A stretch of 63,454 bases of DNA, the filler included, from Octopus bimaculoides (Eukaryota), in the NCBI RefSeq assembly GCF_001194135.2. It is 4 parts of 3 records of this genome, joined end to end, with 100 filler letters (N's around TTAATTAATTAA, not from the genome) between each part and the next. Parts side by side here need not be neighbours in the genome. Positions count along the whole stretch, not along the records: positions 38,736 to 63,454 come from NC_068996.1; 3 more parts are not named here. One strand, written 5' to 3'. Every line of letters starts with the position of its first letter. Position 1 is the first letter of the stretch. This document shows positions 49,041-60,377 of this stretch, piece after piece. The notes below the pieces were generated by a model. That model saw nothing but the letters and a program-made list of their open reading frames with translations, made no database searches and was not told the DNA's origin. A program made the position numbers and the translations under genes.

Positions 49041-50209
49041 CAGGGTGGGGCATAAATACTGTTACAAAATAAAACACAGATTTATCCCGACAAAAATTTA
49101 TTTAACAACCCACTATTACAAAATATGCTTTGCAAATGCCCAAGGAACAATATGGTGTAACTTTTATTCAAAATGTTTATCTTGTGCCTTCACAACACAA
49201 CAAAGTCTTTTTGGGAAGTCATCTATAGTAGCACGCACAACATCTTGTTGGAAAGTCCAAACTTCATCACCGTACACCATGGAATTGCACCATGGTATCA
49301 ACGCACCTTCCAGAATGTCCTCGATGTACCATTCTTTGTTTATCTTGATTCCTTGAGGGACAAAAACAAGTGGAGTTTTCCCTCTTTCAGAAATGGCTGC
49401 CCAGACCATCACTGATGCTGGTTTTGGGGTTCTGAAAACCTTTCCTGCATTACCAGGTATTGCCTCAATACTTTCAGCAAGGATTCAGTCATTTTGATGA
49501 TTGTGAGACTGTTGAACTGAGAATAACTTTTCATCACTAAAGATGATGTTACGGAGCGTGCCATCTTTAATACGGTTCAACAAGAGTCTGCTTCTGCTGA
49601 GTCTCTTTTCAATTGTGGGCGTGGATAGAAGCTGTCTCTATTGGAGTTTATAGGGTGACAACTTTAGGTCACTTTTGCATATCCTCCGCATAGTCCTTGG
49701 CGATGTTTGTGCTTCTTTTGCCATTCTCCTCATGGATCTTCTTGGATTTCGTCTGATTTTTTCCCTAACATTTNNNNNNNNNNCGATGTTTGTGCTTCTT
49801 TTGCCATTCTCCTCATGGATCTTCTTGGATTTCGTCTGATTTTTTCCCTAACATTTTTGATGAGTTTAGGTGTTCTGGAGGTGCGGGGACGGCCTGATCT
49901 TTGTCTATCTTTGATCAAAGAAGTTTCCTGGTAAAGATCAATCGTCCTTTTTATCAACATTCTGTTAATTTTGAGGTTTTTCCCTAACTTGGATATTTCA
50001 GGTGGACACATGCCCTTCTCATGTTGCTCTATGATGAATTTTCTCTTCCATTCAACAGACACTGGAACAAAATTTTAATATTTAATTTCTGAAATACAAG
50101 AAAACATATAATAAACTATCATTTAACTCAAATAAATCATTAGAATTCTTTGAATATTATTATGAAAAATAGTTTTGAACTTTTGTAACAGTATTTATGC
50201 CCCACCCTG
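49041..50209 (-). mobile_element. Tc1/mariner transposon, maT (DD37D)-like, internally deleted
   Basis: TIRs CAGGGTGGG(G)CATAAATACTGTTACAAAA flanked by TA. Transposase RSGRPRT...IIFSDEK...VMVWAAIS..GKTPLVF...WTFQQD joined directly to the C-terminus; the SPDLNP region is absent, so the subgroup call is tentative. Confidence 0.85.
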
Positions 50210-50244
<35 letters not shown>

Positions 50245-50299
50245 ACATATCTGTAAGACAATTACAACAAATATGGAAGATCTGCATATTTTTTTATTT

Positions 50300-50760
50300 C
50301 TACAGTAAGTAGGAAAATTGATAAATCACAAGTCCCTTCTGGGAGATGGTCCTGCTCAATATTTAAGAAGGATATTGATAGAAACTCCATACATTGTACC
50401 CAGTGCAAGTTTTGGACACATAAAAGGTGTAGTATATCACTGGAAGGTTAATGGAGAATATAGTCTTTATGTATGGCAAATGTGTAGGTACAATAAGCAC
50501 TAAAAATATGCAGACAACATTAATGCACCTGTGCCGGTGCTGGTTAAAAGCACCCATGCCAGTGGTACATAAAAAGCACCCAGCACATTCTATTAAGCGG
50601 TTAATGTTAGAAAAGGCATCCAGCTGTGGAAACTATGCCACAACAGATGGTTGGAGTCTAGACAACTCCCTGCTAGCCAGCTCCATGTCAAACTATTCAA
50701 CCCATGCCGGCATGTAAAGTGGATGTTAAACAATGAAGATGATGATTATGATGATGATGA
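50300..50760 (+). mobile_element. Degenerate RTE 3' fragment
   Basis: NSIHCTQCKFWTHKRC remnant, then family D 3' UTR and (GAT)n. Confidence 0.65.
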
Positions 50761-51231
50761 TTTGGTTTAAAATTGTCCAACATTCGTTTCTGTTGCATAG
50801 AAAACTCGCAAGTGCATTTACATCCACTTATTTTCAACTCTTATTTCATTCAAGGTCTGTCTATGAATGTGGTTTGAAGCAAACTAATTTTATGTATGTT
50901 TGGCTAACGTTATTTTGTAAGGTTTTTAAGAGAAAAGTATGTAAGGGGAAAATTTAGTAATTTGGTATGACTATAAAAACTACTGTATGCATTCCTCACT
51001 GTATCCCTGGGAAGATTGTTGAATATCTCTTTGGTCTTGCTCAGCAGCTTGGCCTTGGTACTGCAGACAGACCGTTGGTATTTTTCTCAACCATGTCCCA
51101 CACACAGTAATCTATTATTAAAGATTTGATCTTTTATTAAAGCTTCAAAAATATCACAAATCTGTTACTCAGAGTTTCACATTTCCATTTGTTAGATAGT
51201 TGTGATTTACTTTGTTTTGCATTTATGCGCT

Positions 51232-53250
51232 TACTCATGTCTGTGTACGGCGTAGATAGAAACTCTATAAGATGCACCCAGTGCAAGCTATGGACACATA
51301 AGAGGTGCAGCAATATCAAAGGAAGGTTAACTAGGAAGTTAGTTTTTGTATGTAGCAGATGTTCAGGAGCTATAAACACTGTAAATGTGCAGAAAACAAC
51401 TTCTGCCACATTCCAGGGAGAAAAACTAGAAGTAGTTGATAGCTTCCACTATCTAGGTGACCAAGTTAGTTGTGGGGGAAGGTGTGCTGAAAGTGTAGCT
51501 GCTAGAATATGAATAGCCTGGGCAAAGTTCAGAGAGCTCTTACCCCTGCTGGCGACAAAGGGCCTCTCACTCAGAGTAAAAGGCAGACTGTATGATGCAT
51601 GTGTACGAACAGCCATGCTTCATGGCAGTGAAACATGGGCCGTGACTGCTGAGGACATGCGTAGGCTCGCAAGGAATGAAGCCAGTATGCTCCGATGGAT
51701 GTGTAATGTCAGTGTGCATACTAGACAGAGTATTAGTACCTTGAGAGAAAAGTTGAACTTACGAAGCATCAGTTGTGGTGTGCAAGAGAGACGATTGCGC
51801 TGGTATGGTCATGTAGCGAGAATGGATGAGTATAGCTGTGTGAAAAAGTGCCACACCCTAGCAGTTGAGGGAACCTGTGTAAGAGGTAAGCCCAGGAAGA
51901 CCTGGGATGAGGTGGTGAGGAACGACCTTCGAACTTTGAACCTCACTGAGGCGATGACTTCTGACCGAGACCTTTGGAAATATGCTGTGCATGAGAAGAT
52001 CCGGCAAGCCAAGTGAGATTTAAATCTAAGGCCATCAGCCAGTCCACTTATGCGTACCTTCCTTCATTGGACACTAAACTCCAATTGCGAAGACCTGTTG
52101 AGGCAAGTGAAATCGAAATCGAGTTAAATTCGATGACTGGCACCTGTGCCAATGTCGTCTCCTTTATTGGACATAAAACTCAGCTTGTGAAGACTTATTG
52201 GAGCAAGCGAAAGCAAAATCGTGATGGCACCTGTGCCCAGCGTCGCCTTTCTGGCACTTGTGCCCGCGGCATGTGTAAGGACTTTTGAGCGAGATCGTTG
52301 CCAGTGCCCCTAGACTGGCTCTTGTGCGGATGGCACATAAAATACGCCATTTTGAGCATGAGCGTTGCCAGTACCGTCTCACTGGCCTTCGTGCCGATGG
52401 CATGTAAAAGCACCCACTACACTCTCTGAGTGGTTGGCATTAGGAAGGGCATCCAGCTGTAGAAACTCTGCCAAATGCTGTGCGTGAGAAGACCCGGCAA
52501 GCCAAGTGAGACCTAAATCTAAGGCCGCAGCCAGTCCACTTATGCGTACCTTCCTTCATTGGACACTAAACTCCACTTGCAAAGACCTGTTGAGGCAAGT
52601 GAAATCGAAATCGAGTTAAAACGGACACTAAACTCCACTTGCGAAGACCTATTGAGGCAAGTGAAATCAAAATCGAGTTAAATTCGACGACTGGCACCCA
52701 TGCCAACGTCATCTCCTTTATTGGACATGAAACTCAGCTTGCGAAGACTTATTGTGGCAAGCGAAAGCAAAATTGTGATGTCACCTGTGCCCAGCGTCGC
52801 CTTTCTGGCACTTGTGCCCGCAGCATGTGTAAGGACTTTTGAGCGAGATCGTTGCCAGTGCCCCTGGACTGGCTCTTGTGCGGGTAGCACATAAAATACA
52901 CCATTTTGAGCGTGGCTGTTGCCAGTACCGTCTGATTGGCCTTCGTAGGATTTTCGAGCGAGATCGTTGCCAGTGCCCCTGGACTGGCTCTTGTGCAGGT
53001 GGCACATAAAATACACCATTTGAGCATGGCCATTGCCAGTACCTCCTGACTGACCTTTGTGCTGATGGCACGTAAAAGCACCCACTACACTCTCTGAGTG
53101 GTCGGAGTTAGGAAGGGCATCCAGCTGTAGAAACTCTGCCAAATCAGATTGGAGCCTGGTGTAGCCATCTGGTTTCACCAGTCCTCAGTCAAATCGTTCA
53201 ACCCATGCTAGCATGGAAAGCGGACGTTAAACGACGATGCTGATGATGAT
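51232..53250 (+). mobile_element. 5'-truncated RTE LINE with duplicated 3' UTR
   Basis: NSIRCTQCKLWTHKRC...CSRC...YLGD...ARI*IAWAKFREL...GKPRKTWDEVVR; stop at 52014-52016. ORF end plus UTR repeated from about 52478; (GAT)n tail. Confidence 0.92.
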
Positions 53251-53299
53251 ATATATATATCCCCTATGTAAGGTAGCGATCATTTGGTGNNNNNNNNNN

Positions 53300-54028
53300 A
53301 TACCTCCCACACCCTCAGGGTTGGCACTCTCAACGTCGGCACTCTGAAAGGTAGGTCTGGTGAGATTGTTGAGATGATTGAACGGAGATGTGTCGATATC
53401 TGCTGCCTCCAAGAAGTAAGGTGGAGAGGTGGTTCCGCTAGGTTCCTCACAGGCAAAGAACACAGGTACAAGATTTTCTGGGCAGGGAACACAGACGGGG
53501 TCGGAGGTGTGGGCATACTTCTTGCAGAGAAATGGGTGGATAAGGTAATCGAGGTAGTTAGAGTATCCGATAGAGTACTTAAGATTAGATTAGTCCTTCA
53601 CCATTGGTTAGCAACCATTATCTCGGCCTATGCCCCTCAGCCCGGGATACCCGACAGACAGAAAGACCAATTTTATGACACCCTCCTGCAGATTACCTCA
53701 TCGAAGAACGACAGGGACCTTCTCTTTGTGGCTGGTGACTTCAATGGTCATGTTGGACAACAATCAGGGGACTTCTATGGCGTACATGGAGGCTATGGTT
53801 TTGGCTCCCGCAACGAGGAGGGAACCAGGCTGCTTGAGTTCTGTGATGCAAATGACTTCATGGTCTGCAATACTAACTTCAGGAAACCTGCAAGTCACCT
53901 AGTCACCTACTGTTCTGGCAGACACACTAGCCAAAGTGACTACATCCTCGCCAGGAAAAGGGAAAGATGGCTGCTTATAAATGCCAAAACCTTTGCAGGT
54001 GAAGAATGTACCCCACAACATAGACTGG
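53300..54028 (+). mobile_element. RTE LINE APE endonuclease domain (5' part of ORF)
   Basis: Open frame: LRVGTLNVGTL...CLQEVRW...ISAYAPQ...AGDFNGHVG...DYIL...QHRL; truncated. Confidence 0.92.
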
Positions 54029-54084
54029 ATTGTGGGTCTGGATTTGGCCTGGAATGTTTTTAATTTGCTCACGGAGTTAGCCTG

Positions 54085-54285
54085 ATTCCAAAATGGTACG
54101 ATATGTTTGGCTATGGCCTCTGTCTGACATTAGGTTTTGAGTTCAAATTCTGCCAAAGTCGACTTTACCTTTCATCCTTTCGGGGTCTATTAAATTAGTA
54201 CGAGTTACCTTCTGGGATCGATGTAATCAACTTAATCCTTTCCTGCAAAATTTGAGGCTTTGGGCTTCCAGTAGAAAGGATTTAT
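54085..54285 (+). mobile_element. SINE family C variant
   Basis: GAGTTCAAATTCTGCCAAAGTCGACTTTACCTTTCATCCTTTCGGGGTC. Confidence 0.75.
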
Positions 54286-54329
54286 TAAAGTTGAAAAAGT
54301 GTGACACATTGACACGGAAATTAGTTTTC

Positions 54330-56185
54330 GCATTTATTATATTAGATGAGGTAGTCAGAATGTGTAATAGAATATTTAAGCTTAAGCTAGTGTTGCAATA
54401 TGGAACAGCAACCATTATCTCAGCCTATGCCCCTCAGCCAGGACTGCCTGATGAACAAAAAGACCAATTCAACAAATGACAGTAACCTTCTCTTTGTGGC
54501 TGGTAACTTCAATGGACATGCTGGACAACATCCGGGTGGCTTCAATGGCATATATGGTGGCAATGGATTTGGTTCCCATAATGAGGAGGGAACCAGGGTG
54601 TGAAGTTCTGTGATACAAATGATCTAAAATACTAACTTCAGGAAACCTGCCAGTCATCTTTTCACCAACCAATCTGGTGAGCACACTAGCCAAATTGACT
54701 ACATTCTCAACAGAAAATGGGAAAGATGGCTGTTTATAAAGGCCAAAACTTTCCCAGAAGAATGTATCCTCCAACATAGTTTAGTTGTTAGCAACTTCAG
54801 AATCAGGGCTAAAAGGCTGCCTAGAAGACAATCAGTGTGGAAAAGAAAGGTCTAATCTTAAGGATCTTTCAAAGGGCCAGAGATTTAGAGACATGTTACT
54901 TGAAGTATTTGACAAAAAACAGTAGGATATATTGACATATAACATGGAGGACAACTGGAAGTAACTACAAGGCAACCTGCTGAGGACCACTGACCAAATT
55001 TGTGGCTGGTGCAAAGTCCCTTCTTGACCTAAAATGAAATGGTGGTGGAAGAGTGTAGGCCATTAGAGAAAAAGAAATAAGCCTGGAAGAACTGGAAGTG
55101 TGATGGTAAAAGGGAACTGTATCAGATAACCAGAAGGCAGTCCAGGAGACATGTATATTTAGCTAGGGAAGAAACAAGAAAGAAGAAAATTGCCAACGAT
55201 CTGCAGCATGAAGACCTGAGACTCAAAGTGTTTTGAATTGCAAAACAATGTGTCATAGGAGAGAAATATGTCATGTCATAGGAGAGAATTATGTCATGTT
55301 ATAGAAGAGAAATATGTCCACATGATGATGGCTCACTTGTGTTTAATGATTCTTCAAAGAAAGACGTTTGGAAATGCCATTATGAAAAGCTGCTAGATGT
55401 GGAGAATGCATGGGAGAAGGAGAATCTGTATAATGTAGACTCAACTGAAGGACCAGCTATCTGAATTGACAGTAGCTTGGTAGATAAAGCAATTAAGGAT
55501 ATGATGACAGGGAAAGCTCCATCAGGAATCCCCACTGAGATGCTTAAAATATCTGGCAGAGTAGGATATGGCCTAGTCACCCATATAGCTAATCAGGTTG
55601 TCCATGAAGGAGTCATATCTAACATTTCGTGTAGCAGCACTAGAGTCAACTGCTACAAAGGCAAAGGTGATACCTTAGACAGAAATAATTACAGAGGCAT
55701 CAAACTGTTGGACTACGTGATGAAAGTTACAGAAAGGGTCATAGCTCAATTAACTAAGAGAGATAGTGTAGATCAGTGCTACTTAAAGTGGTGGTCTGCG
55801 AACTGGTGCCAGTCTGCAAGCCATTGGCTGCTGGTACACAAAAAGTTTCCAGAAAAGAAAGAAACATAAAATGCTTATGTAATATTGTATTATTTGCTTA
55901 CAAAATAAATATAAGATAAAAACAACTGTCAACTTTTATTATATTCATTATATATATTGTTTCCAATATAAATTGATATTACTAAGAAATATTACCAGTC
56001 CCTGGCACATCAGGGAGAAAAAAAACTGCCAGTATGCCACATCAGATAGTTCAAGAAGCACTGGTGTAGATGAGATGCAGTTTGGATTTATACCAGGAAG
56101 GAGCACAACTGATGTTATATTCCTAGTCAAGCAATTTCAGGAGGAAAACAAACCTCTGTACGTGGCTTTTGTTGGCATGGAGAAG
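54330..56185 (+). mobile_element. Older degenerate RTE (endonuclease to RT start)
   Basis: ISAYAPQPG, AGNFNGH, NYRGIKLLD, DEMQFGFIPGRSTTD, PLYVAFVGMEK; many stops; interrupted by a hAT MITE. Confidence 0.85.
55774..56063. mobile_element. hAT (Charlie-like) MITE, 290 bp
   Basis: TIRs CAGTGCTACTTAA / TTCAAGAAGCACTG; perfect 8-bp TSD GTGTAGAT (55766-55773, 56064-56071). Its removal restores the RTE frame DSVDEMQFGF. Confidence 0.92.
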
Positions 56186-58830
56186 ATGTCAACAAACTGT
56201 CGCAGAAGCTGTATAAGGCAGCTCCTTCCCAGGCGAAAGCCATGTTGGGTGTCAAACAGCAGGTCATTGTCCTCAAGGAACTCAGTCTTTTCCTGACAAT
56301 GCGCTCCATGACTTTACTGACGTGGGAGGTCAGGGAGACAAGTCTATAATTCCTAGCCTCCGCCCTGCTTCCTCCCTTATGGATAGGGCATATTATTCCC
56401 TCTTTTAGTTTTTTTTGGAGTTTCCTCATCCTGAGGGACTCCTGGGAAAGGATTTGAAGCAGTCTAGCTAGAGCGCTTTTACATTTCTTTGGGAGCATTG
56501 CAGGGAATCCATCAGGGCCTGTTGCCGAGTTCAAGCTCAGCTATTCAATGGCTGATATCACATTAGTTTCCTCTATGTTGATGTTATCAATAGTTGCCAT
56601 TTCACAGAGTGTATCTTCGGGGTCAAAGAACCTATCCGGTATAGTCACTCATAGCTTCCCCAACCGTTTGCTGAAAGCACTCTTGTATTGTACATTCAGT
56701 AATTCACTGATCCCGGGGTCCACAGTTGGTGAGCCATTTTTATCTGGTAGCGGTCCTATTTTGTAACGCACTGAAGCAGATTCTTTCGCATATCAATAGA
56801 AGGCCTTAGATAGCCCTGGCTTCCTTTTCTGCCCTTTCCTTTTCGTGGGAATGTTTGAGTGCGTCTTCAATCTCAACCAAGGTGCATTCAAGGTGGAGTC
56901 GTTTGGACGGTTTGAGATTTTTGCTCTTCATCTCATTAGTACCCTGGGTATTATATTTTTCTTCATCCGTTGATTTGGTGTTCTCTTTGGCGTAAACTTA
57001 CTGCAGATATCATATATAGTTGCCATGAAGTTCTGTAGTTTCATGTCGATGTTTTCCTCAGAGAGGATGGTGGACCAGTTACATTTCAGGACCTCTTTCT
57101 CAATGCCCTTCCAGTCAGCTTTGTGGAAATTCAGGCTAGAGATGAGATGAGCGTTTCTAGTATTTCCNNNNNNNNNNNNNNNNNNNNNNNNNNNNNNNNN
57201 NNNNNNNNNNNNAGAGAGGATGGTGGACCAGTTACATTTCAGGACCTCTTTCTCAATGCCCTTCCAGTCAGCTTTGTGGAAATTCAGGCTAGAGATGAGA
57301 TGAGCGTTTCTAGTATTTCCTTTGTCTGTGGTCTTTTGTGGTCCATAAATCACTAGTTCTATTAAATTATTGTCCGTAAAAAGCATTGGTGTCACTTTCA
57401 TGTCATGTATGAGTGTCAAACTGTTTGTGAAACATAGGTCCAGGATATTCTTTCTCCTTGTGGGGTGATGCACCATCTGCTCCATAAAGAGTGTGTCAGT
57501 GAAGTCAAGCAAAGACTCTGCATGCTTCCAATTTTGAAATGACATACTTTAAAGGGGACAACCCTCTGGTCATTTTACATGAGGGAGATTATGTTCAGAT
57601 CGTTGTTGAGATTCGTCAAAACATCTCTCATTTTTTGGAGGCACTCTTCAGATGAGTTCTCATGATCTGACGCATCTGGTGGGTGATATGTGGTACCAAC
57701 CTCACCTGTTTAATGTGTACTACCAGAGTATTACATACAGTGTTGGAGTGCGACAAGAGTGCCATGGGCATGACAATCATCTCAGATGTGCATTGCCACT
57801 CCTCCATGAGACCTTTCTCGTTTGTCAGTTCGTAGCACAACATACCCTGGTATGTGTACCTTGGCATCTGATACATCTACATTTAGGTGTGTTTCTGTTA
57901 ATGACACGCATATTGCTTGATTACATGTCACAAGGTCTCTTAGGTATTGCGTTTTACGTTGGTGGATCGTTATAAGGCCCCCGATGTTCAGAGAGAGTAT
58001 TGGTGTGAGTAGCAGGGGGTAGGTGGTGTCCATGGGTCCAGTATGCGTGGCCATCCTGGTTCCTTTGTTGTTTGAGGTGGATGCGGGTATTGGTATGTAC
58101 CTTGCAAGTTGGGTGTCTGATAAATCCAGCTGTTCCACAAATTTCTGCGCAACTTCCAAAAATGCCCGCTGTTGAGCAGCTGCCAACTGCTCTGCATCAG
58201 TTGTCTGTTTCCCTCTAGGAGTTTTGCACTTATCGTCAACATACTTCCATGGTGGTGGTATCGTATTGCGAGTCTTGCTATTGCGTTTTTTGTCTCGTGG
58301 TGATCTGTTCTGCCTGGCCTTCGGGGGATTAGGATGAGGGCTGCATGTCTGGGGCTGGGGATGAGCAAATTTGCAGCCCATCCCCGTATCTCAATACCAG
58401 CAAGTACTTGTTTTGTAGAACTTGCAGATTGGTTTGTTTTTCTTTTAGAGACTTTGCCTCTGCAGGTTCTATGTTGTTGTCCATGTGTGTCTACTTGTGG
58501 GCTACATCCTTTCTCACCTTGCGGTTTCTTAGATTCTTTGTTCTGTCTTGTGTTACCTTTTGTTTCAATTTACCGTTGTTGTTCCTATCCTCTTCAAATG
58601 TCCTCATCTTCGGCTTTAGCCTCTCTTGGCTGGCTTTGACACTCTTCTTGGGCTTACAGTTGTCCCTTTTGACTTGTCTCTTCTCTACTCTGTTTTGGTC
58701 CTTCTCTGGGTCCATGTTGTTCTTGTTTTTGTTTTCCTTTTCTTGTCTTGCTTCTACTTGAGCTATTTTGTTTAATATTTCGATGTGTGGCAGTATGAGT
58801 TTGTAAGTTCGGAGGAGCATGGTCTTTTTC
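56180..58830 (-). mobile_element. CR1-like LINE (ORF1 remnant, APE endonuclease, RT start), 3'-truncated
   Basis: Endonuclease ILSLNIGGL...SLTETHL...GGVAM...PTRRKNILDLCFTN; RT PIHKGGSRAEARNYRLVSLTS...QHGF...RSCL; ORF1 CCCH-like motif at about 58360-58430. Confidence 0.85.
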
Positions 58831-58868
58831 CTCTCATATATACATACATACACGCTCATTTTTTCCTT

Positions 58869-59255
58869 CATATTCGTTCCCAGCAAGTTGTTTTACACCT
58901 ATTAGACTATTTTTAAAAAATTTTGTCACCGGGTCAAACACTATCATTCAGAGGCCATGGAATGACGATATGTGACGATGTGAATGTTCTGAGTCCTCTC
59001 CTCACCCCACCTTTCGTGGGAGCGCATTTTTTTTTCATATTCGTTCAGAGTAAGTCGTTTTACATCTATTAAACTATTTTTCCTTTGTTTCTTGGCTCCG
59101 GTGAGGCGTCTCGGAACATTCAGGATGCGAATGCTCCGAGGCCTCTTCCCCCCACACCCGTTCGCGAGCGCGCGTTTTTTCTTCATATTCGTTCGCAGCA
59201 AGTTGTTTTACAACTATTAGAATATTTTTTTATTTTATTTCCCACCGGGTCCGAA
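58869..59255. repeat. Three imperfect ~150-165-bp tandem units
   Basis: CATATTCGTTC.(C/A)G..AAGT.GTTTTAC starts at 58869, 59036 and 59184. Confidence 0.75.
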
Positions 59256-59595
59256 ATGAAATTTACTGTCAGCAACTGTGAGACAACGACCCACAACCCT
59301 ACAACTTTCACTAGCTCTAATTCTGTTCTCTTACAACACCCTTCTATCGCAATCTGGATTACTACTAACAACGTGTACACAAAACTATACAACAAAATTC
59401 TACCACATCTAACTTTCTTTCGCATGCTCTCGGATGTTAAAACCTGCCCGTCGAGGCAAGGTATTTTTCAACATAACGGTAAATAAATATTCCCTTAAAA
59501 CTTCATGCATTGTTCATCTTTCACATCCAACAGCATTTTATCGTTACAACTGCTGACTCCGACATTTTATATTATCGTTTACTAATTAATATCTC

Positions 59596-59637
<42 letters not shown>

Positions 59638-60212
59638 GTTAGTAGCCATATTCACCTCTTCAAAAACCTGCTGTACCTCCTCTTTCATATTTTAATCTTC
59701 ATCCCCTAGCATAAATCCAACCCTATCATCCAAGGGTTCGTATATATACGTTAATTACAATTTAACTTTTATCAATTTTTTTGTCCTTTTTACTAGTTTC
59801 AGCCATATGGTTGCGGTCATGCTGGAGCATCACCGTAGTAATAAATTGCGAGTATGTATAATTTTAAAAGAATGAAATGAATGAAATGAAAACTTTTTTC
59901 AAAAGAAAAATATTTATTACAAAAAAATAAAATTAAATATAAATTTCACATTTCTATATTTGCAATAAATATGTTATTTTTCTAAATTTTATATATAACG
60001 TAAAGCTAAGAAATTTTACTGACATATTCGCAATCTACTGCCCAAAAATCTTTCTCTCCTTGGCGTATAAAAAAATGTGTATTTTCTTGAAATTATGAGA
60101 ACCATATTGTACCTTCCATGTTAACACATTAAGTAGCTCTCTCTGTCACTGACAAGCGAAACACAACAACCATCCAGAGAGAGAGAGAGAGAGAGAGAGC
60201 TAGCTCTGAAAA

Positions 60213-60359
60213 GTGAGTATATTTCCTTCATGAATAAAAGAAAGTTAATAGAAAATATTGCATGATTAAATAAAATAATTTATATTCCCTAAAATGGAGT
60301 AATATGTGTAATTGATTTAAATTTTATAACGTAGAATAAGTTCTTAGCTTTACTTCTAG
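60213..60359 (+). other. Putative 5'-UTR intron of LRRC47
   Basis: Donor AA|GTGAGT at 60213 and acceptor TTCTTAGCTTTACTTCTAG| ending at 60359, 18 nt before the ATG. Confidence 0.45.
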
Positions 60360-60377
60360 CTTCACTTGTTTTCAAAT

